Origin: Candidatus Cloacimonadota bacterium
GTDB lineage: Bacteria > Cloacimonadota > Cloacimonadia > Cloacimonadales > TCS61
Reading direction: 5' to 3'
Length of the DNA: 64,000 bases
Assembly: GCA_030445745.1 (NCBI GenBank)
Contig: JASUTE010000007.1
Coordinates: 1,839-65,838 of the forward strand
Shown here: positions 20,933 to 30,388 of the stretch, one piece after another
How positions within the stretch are numbered: position 1 is the first letter of the stretch
How the letters are laid out: each line of letters begins with the position of its first letter
Notes under the pieces: generated by a model
What the model was told of the DNA's origin: nothing
What the model saw: only the letters and a program-made list of their open reading frames with translations
Databases searched by the model: none
Program-made: the position numbers and the translations under genes

Positions 20933-23893
20933 TTATTTCATTAATATCATCTTCTTTATGTGGGAATAATTATCGGTTTGCAGTCGATAGTAATAAATAC
21001 CGCTGCTAACTTTCTGGTTGTAGTTGTCTGTTCCATTCCAAACCACTGTATGAGATGCTGCTGTCATGCTTGTGTTCAGCAGAGTGGCAATTTTTTCGCC
21101 CTTAACATTAAAAATATCCAAGCTTACCTTACCTGGTTTGGCTAAAGTAAACTTAATCTGGGTGGTAGGGTTGAAAGGATTGGGATAGTTGCCTACCAGA
21201 GTAGTTACTGCTGGCACATTAGGATTGTCGTTGTCGGAAGTGTAGTGTTCCACCGTTACAGCCTCAGAAGCATCTGATTCATATTCTTCGCTGTAAACAG
21301 CTGTAGCATAATATTCGTAGGTGCCATCTGGAACATTTGCATCTACATAAAGTGTATTTGTGGGTGTTCCTACAATTTCGCCATCGCGATACACGTTATA
21401 ATGAGTAAGCGCACGTTCTTTAGCAGGAGCATCCCAGGTACAAAGTATATTGCTTGAAGTTGGTGCCTGAGAGACTGCACTAAAGTTAGCTGGAGCTGGC
21501 AGGGTCACCTCTACAGTTTCTGTATTGGAAGCAGCTGATTCTACACCCTCGTAAACGGCGGTTACATAATAATCATAGCTGTCTGCCAATAAGTCAGCAT
21601 CGGTGTATTCCAGAATAGTTGGATCAGTTATCTCGGCTATTTCGGTGCTGTTACGATAGATCTTGTAGCCACTAAGAGAGCGAGTGTTGTAGTTAGAATG
21701 TGTCTTCATCTCAAAGTTAGCGTTGCCTGTTACTTTGTAGTTTGTTTGCGGAAGAGTGTTGTGATTAAGTGCCAGAACAGCGTCTTTACCACCTACTATA
21801 CCTTCTACACACCAGTTGTAATCTAGACCAGCACCTAAGTTAGGTAGCATGTCCCAAGCTCCGTTGAAATACATCCAAGCCCCTTTTTCCGGTACCATAG
21901 GTCCATCATCAACTGCTGCAGGATGATCGGCTGTAGCACTAATAGCATAACCGATCCAGTATTCATTGCCATCTACCAGGTTTACTGGTGAATTCAAGGT
22001 GTGGGTTGTCCAATCGCCTACGATAACATCGGCGGTTATGTCTTGAGAGTATATTTCGGTACCAGCATCACCATAGCTGCCACCTTCCCAAACTTTAATC
22101 TCAACACTGGAATAATCAGCTGAACCAATAACGATATTAATCTGAGTCAAGTTACCGCCGTAGAAATCGATTAGTTCTGCAGATGTGAAGCGAGCTGCAC
22201 ATTCAAAATTAGCAGCAGAACCAGTTCCAATACCATTACCACTATAACCGGTATGATAAGCTAAGGTACCTCCCGTACCGCTGGGTTGTTCCCAAGTTAG
22301 TTGAACATCGTTGTAGTTTTCTAAACTGGCTGATAAGTTCTCGGGTGGGTTGTATGTAGGTGGTTGATAGGTGAATTCATCAGTAACAATAGCAGATTCA
22401 CCAGCATCGTACACAGCGCTTACACCCGCTGTGTAGGTAGCGCCTTCGGTTAAATCTGTATAAGTATAGAATGTGTCTGTTGTATTATCTACCAGTACAT
22501 CATCCAAATAAACATTATAACTTTGCAATCCAGTATCTGATGGAGCTTCCCAAGTTGCTTCTCCTAGACCGGTTACATTGAAGTTAGACGGTTGTTCAAA
22601 ATCGCCTTGAGAAATGTCTCCCTCTATACAATAAACATACCCGTTATCTGAGCAACAAATCATATCCGTATAACCACTATTGTTTACATCATCTATTTGT
22701 GTTACCGACCAAACCATTCCAGTTGTTTCATAACTCCAAAATAATTCTCCGGTAGCTCCGTTTACACAATAAATTGAACCATAGTAAACATTTGGACTAC
22801 CTTCTTCACCTCTATCTCCGACTAATAGATCTTGATGATTATCTCCATCAATATCATCAATAATTTGTATAGTATGTACCCAATTGTTTACGGTAAAATC
22901 CCACAATAACTCTCCTGTAGTTCCGTCTACACAATACACATTATTATCCCAAGATCCAGCCACAACTTCTGGAATATCATCACCAGTAATATCATTTATT
23001 ATCTGAACTTCTTGCAATATGTCTGAAGTTATTTCATTCATCCATATAGGAGGTGGAAAGGTTGGGTCAAATGTATATAATATTCCTTCCATAGAACCCA
23101 CGACAATTTCTGGAACATCATTTCCTGAAATATCTGGTATACTCTTCACACAATTAGATTGAATATTTCCGATTGTACTTTCAAACAAAATAGAACCATC
23201 TGTACTTCTTAAGCAATATACACCACTTGCTGCTTCATTATCCCAATTACCTACTAGAACGTCATTTAAATTATCACCATCAACATCACCAATTTGAGAA
23301 ACAGATTGATTCTGTTGACTTGGTAAATCTACTGACCATAATTGTTGTCCCGAAACGCCATCTATTAATGAAATCCAATAATTTTGAGAACCAGCTATAA
23401 TATCTGGTTTTCCATCTCCTGTTACATCATCGATTAACGACAAATCAAATATAAATCCTTGTGGATCAGGAGTATATTCCCATATTAATAAACCAGTTTG
23501 ACTGTCAACACAATATAATTCGGGGCCTGTTGGCTGGGTAGCAGGTATAGTAAAGATAAATTGATTGCTAAATAAAACTTCATTATACCCATTATCATTT
23601 ATATCACAGGGATAATGAACGATATCTCCAACTACTGTGGTAACAGGATAACTCCATAATTGATGCCCATCAACGCCTTCTAAAACATAAACAGAATCTG
23701 GAACAGAACCATTTTTTGTTCCTACTATAACTTCATTAATACCATTACCAGTAACATCTGGTATCCATTCAGAATTTTCAACATAATTGCCCTCACCTAT
23801 TAGGTGTTGCCAAATAACCTCTTGTGCCGAAATTAAATTAAAAAAGACTAACAATAAAAAAATTGTTAGCGTCATGCTTTTGTGTCTTCTCAT
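20933..23893 (-). CDS. Secreted FG-GAP/VCBS-repeat beta-propeller plus fibronectin-III-like domains plus T9SS C-terminal sorting domain protein
   Basis: About 986 aa. Start preferred at the ATG at 23893 (MRRHKSMTLTIFLLLVFFNLISAQE), which is preceded by GGAGGAG. Eight DxxGDxxxDxxVG repeats. C-terminus NYPNPFNPTTQIKFTL...SGIYYYRLQT. Confidence 0.8.
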   Translation of the reverse strand: MRRHKSMTLTIFLLLVFFNLISAQEVIWQHLIGEGNYVENSEWIPDVTGNGINEVIVGTKNGSVPDSVYVLEGVDGHQLWSYPVTTVVGDIVHYPCDINDNGYNEVLFSNQFIFTIPATQPTGPELYCVDSQTGLLIWEYTPDPQGFIFDLSLIDDVTGDGKPDIIAGSQNYWISLIDGVSGQQLWSVDLPSQQNQSVSQIGDVDGDNLNDVLVGNWDNEAASGVYCLRSTDGSILFESTIGNIQSNCVKSIPDISGNDVPEIVVGSMEGILYTFDPTFPPPIWMNEITSDILQEVQIINDITGDDIPEVVAGSWDNNVYCVDGTTGELLWDFTVNNWVHTIQIIDDIDGDNHQDLLVGDRGEEGSPNVYYGSIYCVNGATGELFWSYETTGMVWSVTQIDDVNNSGYTDMICCSDNGYVYCIEGDISQGDFEQPSNFNVTGLGEATWEAPSDTGLQSYNVYLDDVLVDNTTDTFYTYTDLTEGATYTAGVSAVYDAGESAIVTDEFTYQPPTYNPPENLSASLENYNDVQLTWEQPSGTGGTLAYHTGYSGNGIGTGSAANFECAARFTSAELIDFYGGNLTQINIVIGSADYSSVEIKVWEGGSYGDAGTEIYSQDITADVIVGDWTTHTLNSPVNLVDGNEYWIGYAISATADHPAAVDDGPMVPEKGAWMYFNGAWDMLPNLGAGLDYNWCVEGIVGGKDAVLALNHNTLPQTNYKVTGNANFEMKTHSNYNTRSLSGYKIYRNSTEIAEITDPTILEYTDADLLADSYDYYVTAVYEGVESAASNTETVEVTLPAPANFSAVSQAPTSSNILCTWDAPAKERALTHYNVYRDGEIVGTPTNTLYVDANVPDGTYEYYATAVYSEEYESDASEAVTVEHYTSDNDNPNVPAVTTLVGNYPNPFNPTTQIKFTLAKPGKVSLDIFNVKGEKIATLLNTSMTAASHTVVWNGTDNYNQKVSSGIYYYRLQTDNYSHIKKMILMK

Positions 23894-23906
23894 TTTCTCC
23901 TCCATT

Positions 23907-24734
23907 TTATTTTTTTACGGGAAATGTCTTTATTAATGATGAAACTGAAGTAGCGCTTTTCCAATATTCATTAAAAGCACATTTTAGCATTTCTACAAAA
24001 CCAGAATGTTCAACAAATATGGTTGTCAACTCTGTTGAAAGAGTTATGGGGTTATTAAGTATATACATTGCCACTTTATCATCAAATATTGAGAGTTTCA
24101 TTGGAAGATTGTTATACAATCTAATTTCTACACCTGCGTCAATATGCCACTGGGTAGCTGTTTTAATTAAATCGCTATCCAAATCTTTTTTTTCATTTAT
24201 ATTTTGAATCCTAACCCCTCTGTCAATTAGCATCTTGTTTATTTTTTTTACTTCCACTATATCTTTTTTTGCCATAGAATAAGGTGATTTAACAAATTCT
24301 TTTATAGTTTCTCTGGATTCGCTGTAGAGAGCTTTATACCTTTCTACTACATCTTGTGAATCTTTAACTATATGTACAAATTCATAACCAAAATAACTAT
24401 AATCATTATAGTCAACTAACAATTCTTTGCCTATAGCAGAGGCCTCCTCGTACATATCTTCATATAGCTTCATCTTTTTTTTAATCATTTGAGGTAAGGA
24501 CTTGTGTGGGTTTTCAGCAGAATATTTTTTTACCTTACCCTCAGAATGTTCTTTGCATAAACCCTTGTTTACAAGTTTATCTAGAATATCATATATTTTA
24601 GATCTTGGAATCTTAGTTAATTTCGCTATCTCTGATGCAACCATTGGTTTTGTTTTAATTAAGGATAAAACAATTATTGATTCTCTTTTAGTAAGCCCAA
24701 ATTTCATTAACTGCTCTTTTTGTTTTTCACTCAT
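23907..24734 (-). CDS. TrmB family transcriptional regulator
   Basis: 275 aa. N-terminal winged HTH FGLTKRESIIVLSLIKTKPMVASEIAKLTKIPRSKIYDILDKLVNKGL. Its stop lies 1 nt before the ORF of the downstream cargo gene. Confidence 0.8.
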   Translation of the reverse strand: MSEKQKEQLMKFGLTKRESIIVLSLIKTKPMVASEIAKLTKIPRSKIYDILDKLVNKGLCKEHSEGKVKKYSAENPHKSLPQMIKKKMKLYEDMYEEASAIGKELLVDYNDYSYFGYEFVHIVKDSQDVVERYKALYSESRETIKEFVKSPYSMAKKDIVEVKKINKMLIDRGVRIQNINEKKDLDSDLIKTATQWHIDAGVEIRLYNNLPMKLSIFDDKVAMYILNNPITLSTELTTIFVEHSGFVEMLKCAFNEYWKSATSVSSLIKTFPVKK

Positions 24735-24827
24735 GTCACCATTCCTCGCTACAAATACTTTTTATTTTTGTCCCTTTATGGGGATAACAATTTTATAAAC
24801 ACATAACTTGTCAAGTTTTATCTATAA

Positions 24828-25130
24828 TTAATTTATTTTAGTATACCTTTTATACTCTATCAAAGCCATCTTCGTTATTTTGTCATTTATAAAAAACAAA
24901 AAAAATATTTTTCGCTTGACACAAAATACAAACCGGACAATATCCGGACAGAAATTTTTGGCAACTAAGTTTGCTAATAAACTGTATACGCGGGGACGTG
25001 AAATTTGTGTTAGCTTAGCAATTTCAGAAGCTGTAGCATACTCCCTCTTTAATAGAAGACAATAGATATTAGCCTCATATTCACTAAGACCTAAATCCAT
25101 AAGCCGCGATATCAAGTCATCCATATTCAC
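24828..25130 (-). pseudogene. Truncated TrmB-type HTH (N-terminal ~55 aa only)
   Basis: MNMDDLISRLMDLGLSEYEANIYCLLLKREYATASEIAKLTQISRPRVYSLLANLVAKNF matches the TrmB HTH. The remaining ~45 aa are low-complexity read-through. A hairpin tccgg-atatt-gtccgg plus T-rich tract follows the HTH part on the minus strand (about 24936-24955). Confidence 0.5.
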
Positions 25131-25367
25131 CTCTAAATTTTGTTGTAAATTTATTTATTACAAAATGCAATTTGCGTTCCAACTTTATAAATATGCTGAA
25201 TATTTCAAAAAAAAGCCACTAATAAGGCGCTTTAAAGAGTTTATAAAACAAAATCAATCTAAAAAAAATTTAGAATACTGTTATCTAATATTACAATCTG
25301 TAAACAAAGTTGTCATCTTTTTCGTTTTTCCGAGATGGAAACAGATATTTATGACTAGATATAAATT

Positions 25368-25400
25368 AAGCCCGAAATAACTGCTTATTCCGGGCTTTTT
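25368..25400. terminator. Hairpin terminator downstream of the 843-aa lipoprotein gene
   Basis: aagcccgaa...ttccgggctt with TTTTT on the plus side and TTAATTTAT on the minus side. Confidence 0.55.
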
Positions 25401-25415
25401 AAAATGTTAACTAAG

Positions 25416-27896
25416 CTATTTTTGCGGAAGTATCTGAGGATTTATAAATGCTCTTTCATTTACTTCATTAACCCTGTAAATACCATCAACACCTAATGTA
25501 ATAGTTGTAACTGTCCACAAATCACCTGTATCTATAAGGTAGCCGTAATAGTTTAGTATTTCTTCATCTTCGGTTCCTTCGTTCAGGCGAATAACAACAG
25601 AGCAGCTGGTTGAAATAGCTTCTTCGCTATTATGGTCTGAGTAGTAGTGAACTTGAACCAGATAGTCTCCTGCCATTGGCGTTTCGCTGGTAATATTTTC
25701 GGGGCCATAACCATTAGTATCGTCGAAATCTAATACCAAACCACTGGCTGTAGCAGGATGAGCGTAATAGCACTTTTCGCCATTGGGATCGGTAGTCCAC
25801 AAGTCTACATCCGTGCCGTTCGTATCCCAGCTTAAGGTTACTCTAAATCCTAGTGGGGCAATTTCGGCAGTAAAGCTAGTGTTTGCGGTTTCTTCCCAAC
25901 CACCAGACTGGGCCGTAAGTTCCAGGGTATGTTCTTCTGGTTCCGAACTACCAGAAAGAGCTATCTCTTTGGAAAAATTACCATTATTTAGATTAACTTC
26001 ATACATTTCGTCATAATCGCCGTCCATTACCAAAACAGCACTAGTTAAGGAAGGATTAGCCACGCTTCCCGAAACATTTATGATGCGGTCTGTAACGGGA
26101 GAAGTAATAGGATCGATCTCTGCATAGAAAGATACATCCAAAATTACCGGACAGGAAATTGTAATGTCTAATTTTTCTTCATAAGAAGTATCAAAATCCA
26201 AGGTAAGCTCGGCATAATTATAGGAATAATCTACAGGCAGGTTAACTGTGGCTGTGTGGTAAGCAGTGCCATTGCCTGGTAGGGTTACATTGTAGGAAGC
26301 GTTTTGCGGAACATCGATTCCTACAGAACCTTCCACAAAGATATCGCCGGTAACTGGATTTTCACTTAAATTTGTCACATGAAATTTAATTTGAACAGAT
26401 TCGCCCGGATTAGCCTGATCATCATGGAATTGTTCACCTACCAGATCAAAATCGCTTACCATAACATTTACATCGCTTACTGCTACTTCTATACTGCTGC
26501 TTTTGGATGCACCTAGGGCATCGGTAACTGTCAGGTTAACCAGATAGGATCCAGGCTGAGTAGGTGTGAAGGAGAGAAGATTATCTTGGTTACTAAGGCT
26601 TTCATGTTCTCCGCCAGTTACTGTCCAGTCAAAAGTTAAATCACCACCCAGTAAGCTAATAACTGTGGCATTAATTTCTACGGGTTGATTCACCACAGGA
26701 GCAAAAGTGATAACTTGCATATTTTCTATAAAGATCGAAAATTCATTATACTTGTACATTTCTAAGGTTTTATCTACCAAATCGTTAGCAGCCATTTCCA
26801 CAGCATCACTCAGAGAGCGTACATAATCTTCTGCTATAACGATAATATCGTAAACACCTGCTGGTAGGTTAACTTCCAATTCTTCAGAAGCTTCATCCAA
26901 CATTACAATTTTGGGTTGGTTTTCCGGTTGGTTTCGTTTGGAAATAATAATAGTTTTGGGCTCTTCCACATTGTTCTGGGTGGAAATATCTATTGTTTGC
27001 AGTTTTACTGTACCCGGAGTAGGGTCTTGCTCTTCATTCATCATTTCATCCATAATTTCAGCTTGAGTCTCACTGGAAATTGTCCCAGTATAATGTTTTA
27101 AACCAGCCTTGGCATTTTTCTTAACATTATTGTAAATACGAATTGCGTTGTCTCTATCCCACAGATGAATATTTTTGCGATTGTATTTTTTTACAGGATC
27201 ATCGTTACTCATATTCAAATAGTTATTAGCTTTTTCTTGGTTAGTCTCCCCAGGAATTGACTCTATATCGATAAGACCATCATGATCATCACCTATTGCA
27301 ATTTGATTATAGATGGCTTGGTCGGTTTGCGCTAGATGTTCCTGTGCATTAGCAGCCCAATCGGAAATCAATGGAATCCCGGAATCTGGATCGTTAAAAG
27401 CGTCTGGGATAGATTGCTGGCCTGTGAAAACCCGGAATGTAGTTCGAGCCATTTTAGCTGTGTTAACAACAGTATTTTTAGCAGCGTTATAAGTTCCCAC
27501 TACTATGGCTTTAGCAGCATCTGTGAACATATTGCGTCCTTGGCCACCATAAGCAGTGATATTGTCTTCCAATTCCAATAACTCATCAAAACAGCCAGCT
27601 ACAACTTCCGATTGTGCATCCAAATCATCTAGCAATGACATTATTTCTTCATAGGAATCGCGTTCTGTTTTGCCTTCTGGCGGCAGCAGAATAGCTTCCA
27701 TCGCATCTACGATTTCATCACGTGCTTCCATTGCAGAATTAACAGATTGATTAGCACCCCAATAATTTTCCATAGCCTGATAGGTGTCTGAATCTTCGAG
27801 GTTTGGTTCTGTTGCATTGTCGGATTCTTCACTACAAGATGTAATTACTAATATAAAAAAAAGAACAAAAATGAATAAGATACCCTGCTTTTTCAT
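25416..27896 (-). CDS. Lipoprotein with PKD domain(s) and a C-terminal YfaP/DUF2135-like domain
   Basis: Start preferred at 27896 (AAGGAGG-7 nt-ATG; MKKQGILFIFVLFFILVITSC lipobox). PKD-like segment FDWTVTGG...GSYLVNLTVTDALGASKSSSIEV. C-terminus FRVTLSWDTNGTDVDLWTTDPNGEKCYY...LDFDDTNGYGPENIT resembles DUF2135 (from memory). Confidence 0.7.
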   Translation of the reverse strand: MKKQGILFIFVLFFILVITSCSEESDNATEPNLEDSDTYQAMENYWGANQSVNSAMEARDEIVDAMEAILLPPEGKTERDSYEEIMSLLDDLDAQSEVVAGCFDELLELEDNITAYGGQGRNMFTDAAKAIVVGTYNAAKNTVVNTAKMARTTFRVFTGQQSIPDAFNDPDSGIPLISDWAANAQEHLAQTDQAIYNQIAIGDDHDGLIDIESIPGETNQEKANNYLNMSNDDPVKKYNRKNIHLWDRDNAIRIYNNVKKNAKAGLKHYTGTISSETQAEIMDEMMNEEQDPTPGTVKLQTIDISTQNNVEEPKTIIISKRNQPENQPKIVMLDEASEELEVNLPAGVYDIIVIAEDYVRSLSDAVEMAANDLVDKTLEMYKYNEFSIFIENMQVITFAPVVNQPVEINATVISLLGGDLTFDWTVTGGEHESLSNQDNLLSFTPTQPGSYLVNLTVTDALGASKSSSIEVAVSDVNVMVSDFDLVGEQFHDDQANPGESVQIKFHVTNLSENPVTGDIFVEGSVGIDVPQNASYNVTLPGNGTAYHTATVNLPVDYSYNYAELTLDFDTSYEEKLDITISCPVILDVSFYAEIDPITSPVTDRIINVSGSVANPSLTSAVLVMDGDYDEMYEVNLNNGNFSKEIALSGSSEPEEHTLELTAQSGGWEETANTSFTAEIAPLGFRVTLSWDTNGTDVDLWTTDPNGEKCYYAHPATASGLVLDFDDTNGYGPENITSETPMAGDYLVQVHYYSDHNSEEAISTSCSVVIRLNEGTEDEEILNYYGYLIDTGDLWTVTTITLGVDGIYRVNEVNERAFINPQILPQK

Positions 27897-28246
27897 AATA
27901 TCCTCCTTAGTTGGACAAATTAGATAAATTGAAGATAATTCAGTCAAGATAATTTAATGTATGCCAGAGAATTAGAGCAAAATGAATTTAGCAGAAATGG
28001 ATAAAGAATGGAACGTCCATTACTTACTTAATCTATCAATCTATACATTTCCAAACTGCAAGCAATAACACTTTAGGATGAAAGTTCAGCGCCAAGCTGA
28101 AATATTAAGCGCTATATTTCCAAATAGTTGTAATAATGCCCCGATAAGTTGCTAAAATTAAAATTATTAATCTCTATATTAAAATATTCAAAACTAAGCT
28201 TGACATATTTAATATTTAAAATTTTTTTTAACAAAAGGAGATAGCT

Positions 28247-28609
28247 ATGAATCGAAGATTAAAAAAATGCCCTGTCTGTAACAGCGATTTGCAGATTGTG
28301 GAATACAGGTGTCCCAATTGCCAAACCAGTATCAGAGGTGAATTTGGAGTGGGAGATTTTGCTGTACTCTCGGCAGCACAAAATCAGTTTGTAAAAACAT
28401 TTATCTGCTGTGGCGGTAATATACGTGAGGTGGAAAAAGAGCTGAAGATTTCCTACCCCACGGTAAAAAACCGCTTAGCGGAAGTGCAGGAAATTTTATG
28501 TAATAACAAAACGGCGTCAGCTTCCAATGAGATTTTGGATAAAGTAGAAGCTGGAGAAATAAGTGTGGAAGAGGCAATTGAAAAAATCAAGCAAGGGAGG
28601 AATAAATGA
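28247..28609 (+). CDS. DUF2089 family protein (zinc ribbon plus HTH)
   Basis: 120 aa. CPVCNSDL...YRCPNCQTSIRGEF followed by ...GGNIREVEKELKISYPTVKNRL. AAGGAG RBS. Confidence 0.75.
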   Translation: MNRRLKKCPVCNSDLQIVEYRCPNCQTSIRGEFGVGDFAVLSAAQNQFVKTFICCGGNIREVEKELKISYPTVKNRLAEVQEILCNNKTASASNEILDKVEAGEISVEEAIEKIKQGRNK

Positions 28610-29859
28610 TTACCTTGGAAAAAAATCAGAAATTTGCAACACCCAGCGGGGTGGTTGTGGAAATTTATTTGCAAAATATAGCCTTGGATTTGGCTGGCGG
28701 TAATGCTAATGAAACCAACTTAAATTTAAATTGGCAGGCAGAAGAAGATATGCAACTAGAGGATCTGCTTCAAGTAGAATATTTTGCAGACGAGAACCGT
28801 TTGAAGGTCGAAGAGAAACAGGCCAAAGTGAACAATGCTAAATTTACTGTACAACTACCGCCAGAATGCGAAGTGCTGGCAGATAACGAAAATGGCAGCA
28901 TTAGCGCTAATAATTTAGATGGGAATGTGAAACTAAAAACCGAAAATGGTTCTATAAGCTTGCAGAATAGTCAGGGGAAATTTAGGCTGAAGTCAGAAAA
29001 TGGCTTTTTACGGGCTAAAGCGATCTCGGGTGAATTGAAATTAAATAATGAGAATGGGGCCAGCAAAGTTGTGCAATGTTCAGGAAAACTTAAGGTAAAG
29101 AGTGAAAATGGGGTTATCCGTGTTTTAGAAGCCGGGTGCGACAAAGCGGAGATTACCAGTGAAAATGCACTTATTTATTTTGAGTTTGCCGAAATCGAGC
29201 AGGGTAAGTTTAAATTCAAAAACGAAAATGGGAAGATCCATCTGGCAGTTCCGTCCCAGCTTCCTTACAATATCGATGCTGCTACCAAAAGCGGAAAAAT
29301 GCACATTGGCCTGAAAGGTGAGTACGATGGTGAAAGTGATTCTACTTCCAAGATAATAGAGATGACCCAAGGCGCTGGGACAGTAGCAATTAAGGTACAA
29401 AATAAGCAAGGTTCGATTAACATAATGCCGGCCAATAAAGGTTTTGGGTATAGCCACCATTTCGATTTCGATTTTATTACCAATACACTCGATAATGTTC
29501 TCGACATTATTCCGCAAGAATATCGGAAAAAAGCACAACAAGATTTCAACAAAACAAAGGAGAAATTACAGAATATTGATTTAGGAAAAATTTCTGGTAA
29601 TGTGGAAACCGCTTTGAACGAAGTGAAAGATGAGCTAGATAAATTTGCTCAGAAGGTTTCTGAATCTAAATTTCAGGAAGACTTGAAGCAAAAAGTACGG
29701 CAAGGTGTGCAGAAAGTAAAAACAAACTTAAGTAGCAGTAGCCGAAAAGAGGTAGATGAGCGCAGTCGTCTAAAAATATTGCAACTTTTGGAAGATGGTA
29801 AAATAACTCCCGATGAAGCAGAACGGCTTTTGGCAGCTATAGGTAAAAATGATGAATGA
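28606..29859 (+). CDS. DUF4097 beta-strand-repeat protein (YvlB/LiaX-like) with a C-terminal SHOCT-like helix
   Basis: 417 aa. 4-nt overlap with the upstream gene. Repeated xENGxIxL/V strands (TENGSISLQN, SENGFLRAK, NENGASKVV, SENGVIRVL, NENGKIHLA). C-terminus RLKILQLLEDGKITPDEAERLLAAIG. Confidence 0.7.
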   Translation: MITLEKNQKFATPSGVVVEIYLQNIALDLAGGNANETNLNLNWQAEEDMQLEDLLQVEYFADENRLKVEEKQAKVNNAKFTVQLPPECEVLADNENGSISANNLDGNVKLKTENGSISLQNSQGKFRLKSENGFLRAKAISGELKLNNENGASKVVQCSGKLKVKSENGVIRVLEAGCDKAEITSENALIYFEFAEIEQGKFKFKNENGKIHLAVPSQLPYNIDAATKSGKMHIGLKGEYDGESDSTSKIIEMTQGAGTVAIKVQNKQGSINIMPANKGFGYSHHFDFDFITNTLDNVLDIIPQEYRKKAQQDFNKTKEKLQNIDLGKISGNVETALNEVKDELDKFAQKVSESKFQEDLKQKVRQGVQKVKTNLSSSSRKEVDERSRLKILQLLEDGKITPDEAERLLAAIGKNDE

Positions 29860-30220
29860 AAAAAGGCGAATTTTGCAGATGGTTGCTGCTGGGAAAATAA
29901 CCGCCAGAGAGGGTGAAAAATTACTAACTGCTTTGCAAAAAACTAAATCTGCCGAAAAGCTGTATATCCAAATTACTAGAGAAAATGCCAGCAAACCCAG
30001 CCTGAACTTAGCAATTCCTATGAAATATGTTCATTTAGGTTGGAAGCTATTACCCAGCAAGCTTACAGTGGTTTCCCAGCAGGCAGGCTACGATCTTTCC
30101 CAGCTAAATTGGCAGCAGATAAACAGTATGGCTTCGGCTGGCGAAAAAGGTGAGCTGTTCTATACTGAGATTACCGAGAAAGATGGCTCTACCAGCGAAG
30201 TTAGAGTGTTTATAGAATAA
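29849..30220 (+). CDS. SHOCT-like/LiaX-N-terminal-motif protein
   Basis: 123 aa. Overlaps the upstream gene by 11 nt. N-terminus KRRILQMVAAGKITAREGEKLLTALQ repeats the motif that ends the preceding protein. Confidence 0.6.
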   Translation: MMNEKRRILQMVAAGKITAREGEKLLTALQKTKSAEKLYIQITRENASKPSLNLAIPMKYVHLGWKLLPSKLTVVSQQAGYDLSQLNWQQINSMASAGEKGELFYTEITEKDGSTSEVRVFIE

Positions 30221-30255
30221 AAAAAAGACCGTCGCTTACATTAGCGGCGGTCTTT
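30216..30255. terminator. Terminator hairpin, copy 1 of a 40-bp exact direct repeat
   Basis: AATAAAAAAAAGACCGTCGCTTACATTAGCGGCGGTCTTT. Stem agaccgtcgct/agcggcggtct. The 8-nt A-run gives the strong U-tract on the minus strand. Confidence 0.75.
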
Positions 30256-30388
30256 GTACTATTTATTTTTTTGGATCATATACAAAAAGCTAAAATGTTG
30301 AGTATTATTTTTTTAAATAAAAAACATATATAAATTATTTGACACATTTTATTTATCGGAACATTTTACCCTTTAAAAGGAGGGATTT

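Noticed and set aside
25165-25380. Listed 71-aa plus-strand ORF between the truncated TrmB and the lipoprotein gene.
   Set aside because: The sequence is low-complexity and Lys/Phe-rich, typical of AT-rich non-coding DNA. It has no RBS and no recognisable motif. It ends inside the terminator hairpin of the convergent gene.
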